This document shows positions 55,318-64,000 of a stretch of DNA of 64,000 bases, piece after piece. This stretch comes from Cyanidioschyzon merolae (Eukaryota), in the NCBI GenBank assembly GCA_000091205.1, contig AP006486.2; one strand, given 5' to 3'. Within the stretch, counting starts at the first letter, position 1. Every line of letters begins with the position of its first letter. The position numbers were made by a program, and so were the translations under genes. The notes below the pieces were generated by a model. That model was not told where the DNA came from. It ran no database searches and saw only the letters and a program-made list of their open reading frames with translations.

Positions 55318-58300
55318 CAAACAAAACAAAGCATCGATCGCCACCGGAACTGCGTGCATCGCTGCGCGTTACCGTTATGCGTGCAACGCCTGGGTGCTGC
55401 ACGGCGGCGGCGCGCTGCAGATCGCCATGGCGATACGGCACGCTGGTGCCCCTCGATGGCGTAACGCCTTTGAACGCAACGGTGGTGGGCGGGACGCCGC
55501 CGCCGCCGCTGATGACGATGATGATGATGACGCCTCGGCGACGATCGCCATCGACACCGCGTTGCGCTGGAGCGCGCACTGCGCCCGCACAGCGGATGCG
55601 TTCGCGCGCCTGCGCGAAACTTGTGCAGCCGCGATATCGCAGCGGGGTAGTATCGGTGCGCCTGTGGGTGCGGTGTTCATGTCGGTCGTGCGAGCATGAG
55701 CGGAACGATGATGGTATGGGCGTGCTGGGAAAGCGTTTTGCGCGTTTCTACACTGTTTGAGATGAGCCTGGGACATCGACGTTCAGGCTATGTTCATGTT
55801 TTGAGATTATTTTCCGAAGGTTATCCTACGAACAATCGCGACAGTGCAAGTGCAGGTATCAGGGCTCACGGATACATGGGTCGATTTAGGATTCCCGGAG
55901 GTATTCTCAGAGTCTGTGCAACGGAGTGACGTCACAGGACTAGGTTAGGTCACCAGAATCAAGATGAGTTGTAAAGTCTTCGAAGAAGGGATCGGAAAAT
56001 AAGCGATATTTTTCACAGGTGCATACGTTTTTTTCTTCTTGGTCTCGCGCTTCACCTTTCCTGTGTGGAGCACGCGCTCAACATGCCTGCTGGAAGTTTT
56101 CGATCGTTCCATTTCAAGACAAGTCGTGGGTGCAAGGATTCGTTCAAATGTACCTATGAGGAAAAATATCTCGATAGGTATCCCGAAGGATTCGTTCAAA
56201 AGCTTTTACTGAAAAATTCACCGTATACGTCAAGTAACCGATTCCTTTCGAGACTTAAATCCTCGTCTTTTTATGGCCAATGGTGAAACGAGATTCTATA
56301 TCAGCTTGATCCTTGTTCGTGAGTACGCTCCTAGATGCTAATGTCAGTTCTGTAGGCGTAAAAAAGGGCGTCGGACTCGGACCTGCGTTATTCCTGCAGC
56401 GATCGCTTCCAATGACGAGTGCGTCACCACCGCGTCGCACCAAGGCAGCGTAAACAGGTCGGCATTTCTCGGCTTGTCCACGGGGCTGTATTTGCTTCCG
56501 GGGTCTCTTTTCATCAAGGGCAAGACCGCGTTCCACAACTCCTCCATATGTGGGGACAGCGTGGCCTTGTATGTGCTTCGGACATGGAACTTGACCATAG
56601 GATCGCCCAGAACAACACCACAATTGCTGGCTGCTGCGCTGGGCGCGGACGCAGAGAACGGCATCGAGTGGCGCCTGCGGTACCCATCCAGGGCAGACAG
56701 CGAGCTATGCAGCAAGCGGTCACGTGGTACAGTGCAGCCCGCGGACGAGGAGGAGAACCAGCAAGTCCAGTGGACAGCTGGGAATCCCTGGCAACAGCCA
56801 AGAGTTACCGCTGCGAGCGACGCACCGAGGCTGTACATCAAGAGGATGAAAAACGGAAAGCGGAGCGTAGACCCCAACTTTTGCTCGTGCATTCAATGCA
56901 TCTCTGATAGCCGAGAACGACGATTTCGGGACTTGAACGGTGCCATCTGTAGCCTAGACGGATGACAACGGAGCTCAAAAAACATGAGAGACCTCTGCAT
57001 TTCAAGCTCGAGATACAATGGAGGAAAAGGAAGCAGTCGCAGAAATTCCCGAGTTGCTTCGGTTCATAACAGAGCAAGGATACGCAAACTTGTGGATACA
57101 CGTCTAAGTTACCCAAGCGTAACCGTTCGAAGTCATCCTCACATGGATGTCGTCAGGTCAGGGCTGCTGCGCAGGTTGTGCGTAGCGCCCGCAACCCTGT
57201 TTCTTCGGTAACCACAACGGTGAGCAGACCCATCACCCGAACTTTGCCCCGGTCATCGAGTTCCTTCAGCGCGTCTCGCTGTGACGGCAGCTGTATTGCT
57301 TGCGGAGTATGCTGGAACCGACGCCTCCAGGTGACGCTCGGAACAGCTATCCTTATCCGTTCCGTCGTTGTACGGCGTCTGCAGGAAGCTCCGCGCCTGG
57401 ACGGATGCTGCTTTGAACCGCCATGCCCAGGGCGAGTCTCAGACAGGCACTGGTGGCACGCGAAAGTGACCGGTAAAGCCGCTTTACTTTCGTCTCCGCG
57501 GGCACCTGCTGACGCTTACGCTTTTCACCATATAAACCCTCCGAAAACCGCCGATTGTGTTTCAGGGCAGGGTGCATCTTGTTGACCAGACGCGTCGGTT
57601 GCCCAAACGGTTCCAGTGATCGAAGCGAAAACCTGGTGTCCTCCGCAGACGCCTGGCCGCCAGTTGCGCCCATGAACGCATACACTTGACACCGTATCGC
57701 ATAGAACTCGTATGCTGCATACAAGGCGGTGCCACACGACTACCTGTCCGAGTGCTAGCGCCGTTCTTCAACACACAGCAGCAGGTGCGAAAGCGGGTCC
57801 ACGAGTCCAGCACTCCGCGCTAACAGAAACTCAGCTCGAGACTCTGAGAGAAACGCAACTTACGTACCAGAGTCTTGCACAGCATACAAGCGTCCGGACT
57901 GTAGAAACCTGATGTGTTTCAATTTCCGTCACTGTTGAGGCTGCAGAGGTCGCACGCACGGTCGTTGCGCTTTAGCACTACGAAACGCTCTGAGGGCCGC
58001 TCTGAGCACCGAGTCAGCACCTCAGTCTGTTGGTACTGAAGAGACGCTCTTGAAGCCGACTTGTGTGCGTCCTGCTTTCACAGGTACACACACAGGGCGC
58101 TATCGCTCTATCATGACCAGTTGCCTGGCGACGACCGCGAACGACACCAAAAGGTGCCACTCGTGCCACATAGGTACGACTCTGGGGTCAGCGTGCGAGC
58201 AAGTCGAACAGTGCACCGACTTGGACTCCGTACTCGAAACGCTGAGTACACTCATGAAGCGCACTGCTTGGCGAACGCGACGCCAACTGCCGAGCAGGTC

Positions 58301-58510
58301 ACCTGCTACACCACAAGGTTTTTCTTCGGCATCGTGCACGACACATGAAGGCGTTTGATGTCCACGAACGTGTTTAGAGAATTGCCACCCACACATGACA
58401 CGACAACCATACGCACTACAGCATCGCCGCTGCCGCTGTTATCGTTATCATCATCGTTGTTGTCGTTCTACGCGTTGCCGCATCCGCTAGCACCCGCTTC
58501 CATATAAACT

Positions 58511-61500
58511 TCAAGTACTGGACGTCACGCCTTGTGTCCAAAAAATCAAACCCGATGCCGTACGCTGCGAGGCATCCAGGCTCGATAGTTGGCAGACGAC
58601 ACAACGCGTTGCCGAGGTGTATGTTGCCGTACAATACGGGCACGATCGCACTGCTCCGCGATCGTGTATGGGTACCAGCAGCTCCGCATCGATGGCAAAG
58701 ATGCGCTGCTCATCGTACATGTCAAGCGGTAGCACACGTGACACTGCTTCTTGTTTCGAGGTACTGGAGCGTTGTTCGCTTCGCCGTCGACGTTCCGCTA
58801 AGGCGATCACTTTGTTCGCGGCAGCGACAAGTTCCGGCGCTGGTTCCGTCTCTAGCACACGTTGCGCAAAGCGCACAGCAAGTGCATCAAACTGCAACTC
58901 GTAGGCGAGCTTCATGGCCGCACGAAGCGCCAACAGCAAATGCGGCGGTTCCAGGTTGCAGTGCGTGAATAGTGCAGACAGCTGCATGAGTCGCGCTCGA
59001 TCTGCGTCGCTGTCGAGACCGCGAGCTCGACAAGTTTTCTGTTCCAGCATTAGACGCATGCCGAGACGATATTCTCGACAAGTGCTGATCAGCGAGCGAA
59101 GTTTTGCGTCGTCCGCAGCGCTCCGAACAATCGCAAACGGCATAACCCAGAGGAGTGATAGCAGCAGGCGATCCGCTTCGCCAAAGGCCCCGCGTGTTAC
59201 CAGACCGAAAATGTGCTCCATCTGCTGTTCGAGTCGATCGATCATCACGAATGCTGCCGGGGCTGGTGTCTCATCCGCGCTCGCAACGCAAGGCGTCTGA
59301 TCGATTCGCGACAAGCTCAAAGAAGCACAAGACGGGGACGGCACCGCGTGCCACGCCGCCGCATGAAGCGCCCTCAGAACCGGATGAAGTACCACGGGAT
59401 CCGCCAGACATATCTGCTCTACAAGCAGTGCCAGCGCCCGCTGAGGCTCTCCCGCAATCACCCATTCGCCGGGTACCCGGGCCTGGGCACGCCAAATCTC
59501 CTGCGTTAACGGACCGGGCTCCACGGGAATATCGGCCAGCGAATGTGATAAACTCGATGTGGTGACGCTTGCAGCAGGAGCAGCTGCTGCTGCAGCATCC
59601 AATGCAGCACTCGGATGCAAAGCGTCGCCAGCCGCCATCGCATGCCGGTCTTGGGAGCTGCTCGGCGACGTCACTGCGTCTGGAGGTAGTTCCAGGTCCA
59701 ATGTATCTGCCCAGCCGTCAGCAGCATCCGTTGCAGCGTTCGCAGCAAAACCCAGGAACCCGGCCTCATTTGCGACATGCGCATCCGCGTCGCCCATTGT
59801 CATGCTGTTCGACCTCTCTGTGTAGTCACCGGTGTGCATCGCGTCACCCAAACGGCCAGCAGCTGCCGTCCAGTCACTCGCAAGATACCCCGTGCTCGAA
59901 TGCTGACTCACGGATGCCTCGTAGAGGTCATTAGCCGGCGCGATGCTCGCCGCCTGCCGCGCAGCACCGTCGAAAGCGCCTGCCGCGACGCCTTCCGATG
60001 CATGATGCGCGTCGACGGACTCCGACGTTGGCATCAGGGGCCAATTCTCCTGCGCCAGCGTGGCGTCCACCGGGGCGAGCGGTGTCTGTAACTTCTCGAC
60101 ACCCGCAACGTATGACCCTGCCGTTGCATCTTCAGGTTCGTACGTTGCGCTCAGTAGGGAAGCTAAGGCATCAAGGCCAGCCTTTTTGAGCGTCTGCACA
60201 CGACTTTCGGGGTCGCCGAGGACCAACGCGATCTGCAGCTGTGCGGGGATATCCTTTTGGGCATCGGCGATGTCATAGAGACGTTCCAGCTTCTCCCAGT
60301 TGCCCGTCAGAACGTATAGAAACAGCAAACGCTCCAGATTCCGAAGACGCTGAAAACAGAGCTCCGCAAGCTGAACCTGCCCATATTCCATTGCCTTTTC
60401 CGCTAAACTCGACCAGGCTTCGTCATCGTCCATCTGGCCCGCCATGTCGAGCGCTGTCTGCAGATAGCCAGCACTGAGCGCGAGCACGAAACGCGTCTGT
60501 GTTTCTTCGGTAAACCACAACGCAATATCGAGGTATCCCTTTTGCTGGAGGTAACCGATCATGCTCTTGCCGGGAAGTCGTGACTCGGCAAGCGCTTGAC
60601 GAACACGGTCATATTGCTTTCGCCAAAGCAACAGCTTGAACGTGTATTCGGTGGGATCGATCGCCAAAGTTTGCGGCTGCGCCCGGCGATCAAGCGCAGC
60701 AACAGCGGGTCCGCGTACCCACGTCAGGTAGAGCGGTTCTTTCAGAGAACAGATGATGCCAGCATCACCGTTCGGCAGGCAGTACTTGAGATGACTCGTG
60801 GTCGTATACACTAGAACGCCGGATTCGTCCCAGGCTGCGGACTTGATACGCATGGTCTCATGGAGAAGCGCGAGCCGTTCCATTTGTCGATTCACGATCC
60901 AGAGCGTGTGCTTCGCCAGCAACGCCAGGTACGTTCGATCCTCCGACCAAACTGCGTATCGAATGAGCGGTGCGTCGAGCGTTGCAAGCAGTTTCTGCCG
61001 CTGCCAGTCCCAGAGATGCACCTGATCGCGGGACGCAAACAACACAAGACCTGCCGTAGCCGGAAACATAAATCGAATGCCAGTTGCAGGCAGCGGTATC
61101 CGACGCTCGCTACCCTGCGACAGATCGCGGAGGAGCAAGGCATCTTCCTCGAGTGTGAGCCAGCGGCCTTGTCCTAGTAAAACCGACGAGAGCGCCGGTA
61201 CGCGACGAGGTTCAACCTGCAAATCTGGAGAGTCCCCGGAAACGTTACGCGGTTCTTCGATGCGCTGTGGCAGCTGATACAGCTCGGCGAAGCCACCGTC
61301 CGCATCGTACTGCAGTAAAAGCGCACGATCCAGAGGCTGGTACTGGAGGGAGCGCGGTGGCGGCGTCAGCACCGCGTTGCCCGTACTGAGGCCGAACAGA
61401 ACACCAGGCGCGGAAATACCGTTGCTTCCCCCCAGTGCCGACAAGCCCGTGGTGCCCTCACCGCTCATGCCGGGCCAGGATGATCCCGTATCATTCGCTG

Positions 61501-62800
61501 GCTGCCGTCCGCGGGCCATACAAACGGGCCACTCTCGACCTGTGTCCAGCTCGAGCGCCCGAACGAACCGATCCCGCACGTACACAAGCACGCCATTCTC
61601 CAGCATTGTGAACGGGGGCCGCTCCCGGTGGAGTTTGAAAATCATGCAGCCGGAATCATGACCCGCCGCCATTGCACTGAGACGAGGGTGCACTGCCAGA
61701 ATCCAGAATCGATCCATTTCACGCCTGTAGATCGCTATGCAGCTCCTCCGAGACAAATCCCACACGCGAATCGTCTTATCTTCCGAATTCGAGACGAGCA
61801 CATCAAGATGCGGATGGAACAGCACGCATGACACGTTGTTCACGTGACCGCGTAGGGTGTCAACCTCCCAGGCCCGTGATTCCGTGTACCGCCAGAGTTT
61901 GATTGTACGATCATCTGCACCCGATGCGATGAGTGGCAGACTCGGATGGAAGCTGACCCAGTTCACGCCGCGTGTATGGCCTTCGAGCGTAAATTTCACA
62001 GCGACATCGAGCCCGCCACCGAGGCGCTCGATCACTCCACTGATTCCGCCGGTGCCGCCACCATATGCACCGGACCCCAAAGTAGATCCAGAGGAGCCAC
62101 CAAACCCTGACATGCTAGGCGCACCCATTCCTCCACCCGTACTTTGCGGGGCTAGTGCAGACCAGGGCGCACTACCGGTACCGAAGCCGGTGCCTTGGTC
62201 TCGGCCGGGTGCCAAAGCATTCGCGTTGGCGCTCGATCCCCAGAGACCTGCAGCCGTGACAGCTGCGATAGCTTGGGCAGCGTTCGCAGATCCACCACCC
62301 AAACCGGAGATATCCCACACTCGAATCGTCTGGTCAAGCGACGCAGATACCACCAAATCCTCAGCTGGATGAAAACTTGCGCACATCACGTAGTGATTAT
62401 GCCCACTGAGCACCGCCAAGCACGTGCGATTTTGCCAGTTCCACACCCGAACAGTCTGGTCATCAGAAGCTGATACGATCCACGGCAGTTCATGATGAAA
62501 TTGTACCGTACGAATGTAGTCCGCATGGCCGGTCAGCGTGAAGAGACAACGCCGCAGCCCGTAGTGGAAAACTTTGATCTTCGCGTCATCGCCTCCAGAA
62601 ACGAACAGCGGCTGACTCGGATGGAACGCAATCCCCCGCACCGGGCCTTCATGTTCATGATAAGTGTCAATAACCGTTGCTAGTCGATAATCAAGCAACT
62701 GGATAGCTCCAGAGTGCAGCGATGCGAGCAGCCACGGCCGTTTCGGGTGAAAAGACAGGCCTTTTACCCTGCTCGACTTGGACTCAAACGAAACAAGCAT
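58511..62800 (-). CDS. COPA: Coatomer subunit alpha (COPA), N-terminal WD40 beta-propellers plus C-terminal alpha-solenoid; contains a Gly/Ser-rich insertion
   Basis: From ATG 62800: MLVSFESKSSRVKGLSFHPKRPWLLASLHSGAIQLLDYRLATVIDTYHEHEGPVRGIAFHPSQPLFVSGGDDAKIKVFHYGLRRCLFTLTGHADYIRTVQFHHELPWIVSASDDQTVRVWNWQNRTCLAVLSGHNHYVMCASFHPAEDLVVSASLDQTIRVWDISGL. This matches human COPA almost residue for residue. The track ORF starts at GTG 62884. Confidence 0.92.
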   Translation of the reverse strand: MLVSFESKSSRVKGLSFHPKRPWLLASLHSGAIQLLDYRLATVIDTYHEHEGPVRGIAFHPSQPLFVSGGDDAKIKVFHYGLRRCLFTLTGHADYIRTVQFHHELPWIVSASDDQTVRVWNWQNRTCLAVLSGHNHYVMCASFHPAEDLVVSASLDQTIRVWDISGLGGGSANAAQAIAAVTAAGLWGSSANANALAPGRDQGTGFGTGSAPWSALAPQSTGGGMGAPSMSGFGGSSGSTLGSGAYGGGTGGISGVIERLGGGLDVAVKFTLEGHTRGVNWVSFHPSLPLIASGADDRTIKLWRYTESRAWEVDTLRGHVNNVSCVLFHPHLDVLVSNSEDKTIRVWDLSRRSCIAIYRREMDRFWILAVHPRLSAMAAGHDSGCMIFKLHRERPPFTMLENGVLVYVRDRFVRALELDTGREWPVCMARGRQPANDTGSSWPGMSGEGTTGLSALGGSNGISAPGVLFGLSTGNAVLTPPPRSLQYQPLDRALLLQYDADGGFAELYQLPQRIEEPRNVSGDSPDLQVEPRRVPALSSVLLGQGRWLTLEEDALLLRDLSQGSERRIPLPATGIRFMFPATAGLVLFASRDQVHLWDWQRQKLLATLDAPLIRYAVWSEDRTYLALLAKHTLWIVNRQMERLALLHETMRIKSAAWDESGVLVYTTTSHLKYCLPNGDAGIICSLKEPLYLTWVRGPAVAALDRRAQPQTLAIDPTEYTFKLLLWRKQYDRVRQALAESRLPGKSMIGYLQQKGYLDIALWFTEETQTRFVLALSAGYLQTALDMAGQMDDDEAWSSLAEKAMEYGQVQLAELCFQRLRNLERLLFLYVLTGNWEKLERLYDIADAQKDIPAQLQIALVLGDPESRVQTLKKAGLDALASLLSATYEPEDATAGSYVAGVEKLQTPLAPVDATLAQENWPLMPTSESVDAHHASEGVAAGAFDGAARQAASIAPANDLYEASVSQHSSTGYLASDWTAAAGRLGDAMHTGDYTERSNSMTMGDADAHVANEAGFLGFAANAATDAADGWADTLDLELPPDAVTSPSSSQDRHAMAAGDALHPSAALDAAAAAAPAASVTTSSLSHSLADIPVEPGPLTQEIWRAQARVPGEWVIAGEPQRALALLVEQICLADPVVLHPVLRALHAAAWHAVPSPSCASLSLSRIDQTPCVASADETPAPAAFVMIDRLEQQMEHIFGLVTRGAFGEADRLLLSLLWVMPFAIVRSAADDAKLRSLISTCREYRLGMRLMLEQKTCRARGLDSDADRARLMQLSALFTHCNLEPPHLLLALRAAMKLAYELQFDALAVRFAQRVLETEPAPELVAAANKVIALAERRRRSEQRSSTSKQEAVSRVLPLDMYDEQRIFAIDAELLVPIHDRGAVRSCPYCTATYTSATRCVVCQLSSLDASQRTASGLIFWTQGVTSST

Positions 62801-63165
62801 CGTCAACGCGCTTGCAGGATCAAGACTTTCTTCCCTCTGCTTCAAGAGCAACAGGCACCAAAAAACTGGTACTACGTAAGGCACGGTAGAGTCCCAGCAA
62901 GGCGCTCAAGCAAGTGCGTTCCGTGTCTACACCAGGCCCGCAACGCGACCGATAGGAGCTCTTGTTTCGGGCCAACGTGATCACCCAAACTTGCAAAGTC
63001 TGTCCTTCACCAGCCTTATCCCAACAACAGGACTTTGTTCAAGCCCCTACTCTTGCCTCTCTTGTTGGTTAGTCGCTTCCGCAGGCGACTCAAAGTGCTT
63101 GTGTATTCAACAAAAGAAAAGCAGATTCTGATCAGGCTTTTGCCGCCGTCGCACGGCCGCCAAAC

Positions 63166-63368
63166 GGACACGCATCGACACGCATTCGCACGCATTAGCA
63201 CGCATTAGCACGCATTAGCACGCATTAGCACGCACCAGCAGGAATCGACACGCATCGACACGCAACAGTAGGCATCAGCACGCACCAGTAGACAACAACA
63301 CGTACCAGTAGGCATCGACACGCAACAGTAGACAACAACACGTACCAGTAGGCATCGACAGGCAACAT
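63166..63368. repeat. Complex tandem repeat built from ~10-bp units (cacgcattag / cacgcatcga / cagtaggcat …)
   Basis: cacgcattag occurs 4 times in tandem (63186-63230), then higher-order ~60-bp repeats (cgtaccagtaggcatcgacacgcaacagtagacaacaaca occurs twice). Confidence 0.75.
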
Positions 63369-64000
63369 TGCTATGCGTACGGCACGCACCGCTGCGTTTG
63401 CTGCACATCAGGAGCAAGCTGGCCGACCTGAGCGGTGACGGATGTACGCGGAGCACAAAAATGAGTGCTGTGTTCCTGTATAAAGATTTTTTTCGAACTT
63501 TCATAGACGAAAAGTCATGAAAAACCTAGTGCAGAAAAAAAGACGGACGGATTCATTTGTAGTTCAGAGATTCTCGGTCGACTCTTTGCAGGAGCTCCTT
63601 TACCGTCAGATGGCTAGGATTCTTTACGGAATCGGGATCAAGATGATTTGCGACGCTACTCTCCTAGAGGGTCCTAAAATAAACGATAGCGTTATCCAGC
63701 GCATGCGTACAAGCCTCCAACTGTGTTCTTTCCATGCCTGTAGCAAGCTCATACCATGCAAGCTTCAAGTTATCAATCTTTCTGTTTCGGGCAACGCCTG
63801 TGTAGAGCAATTTGAGCAGCTGCATTGACGACGAAGAAAACCTCAACGTCAACTCTTGTGGGCTGTTTCACAAGATCATGCCGAAAGCTCAGTGAACTTA
63901 CCATGTTAAGCAATTGATTCCGTTCGTTAAACAAATCTACCAATCTTTATGGGTGGCGGCGAAACGGCATTCCGCTGCAGCGCGACATTTCGTAGAGGAT

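Overview
This is a GC-rich (~57%), intron-poor eukaryotic nuclear segment: long uninterrupted ORFs give clear eukaryotic proteins (COPA, SPT5, UBE2D-type E2, RPL27a, GID8/TWA1, TECR, Nth, ABCG and ABCB transporters, NDUFAF7-like, pyroglutamyl peptidase). An oomycete/stramenopile-like or other intron-poor protist or fungus is a guess only. Genes lie on both strands with 1-6 kb intergenic gaps. Those gaps hold microsatellites, a 52-bp minisatellite and several AT-rich islands. The ORF track uses GTG/TTG starts, so several 5' ends were moved to the first in-frame ATG. The notable content is a cluster of TnpB/Fanzor-like (OMEGA-type RuvC nuclease) sequences. (1) A 384-codon ORF at 38598-39752 carries RuvC-I (GADPG), RuvC-II (AYEAG) and RuvC-III (SRDFNAAINV) with the D-E-D triad intact. 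It sits in a ~2.16 kb compositionally distinct insertion (37601-39757) bounded by a possible imperfect inverted repeat. Its 3' tail is conserved at the nucleotide level with a second copy, which makes it a candidate omega-RNA scaffold. (2) A decayed, frameshifted relic of the same family lies at ~25.4-27.3 kb, and its 3' end runs into the start of the pyroglutamyl-peptidase gene. (3) A different ~0.9 kb element occurs twice at ~98% identity (21098-21991 and 32744-33621). Its ORF resembles a TnpB C-terminal zinc-ribbon/RuvC-III segment. A fourth ~1 kb repeat occurs as two direct copies flanking the NDUFAF7-like gene and contains a frameshifted AraC/XylS-type HTH-like reading. All of this is inferred from motifs read by eye; no database search was run.
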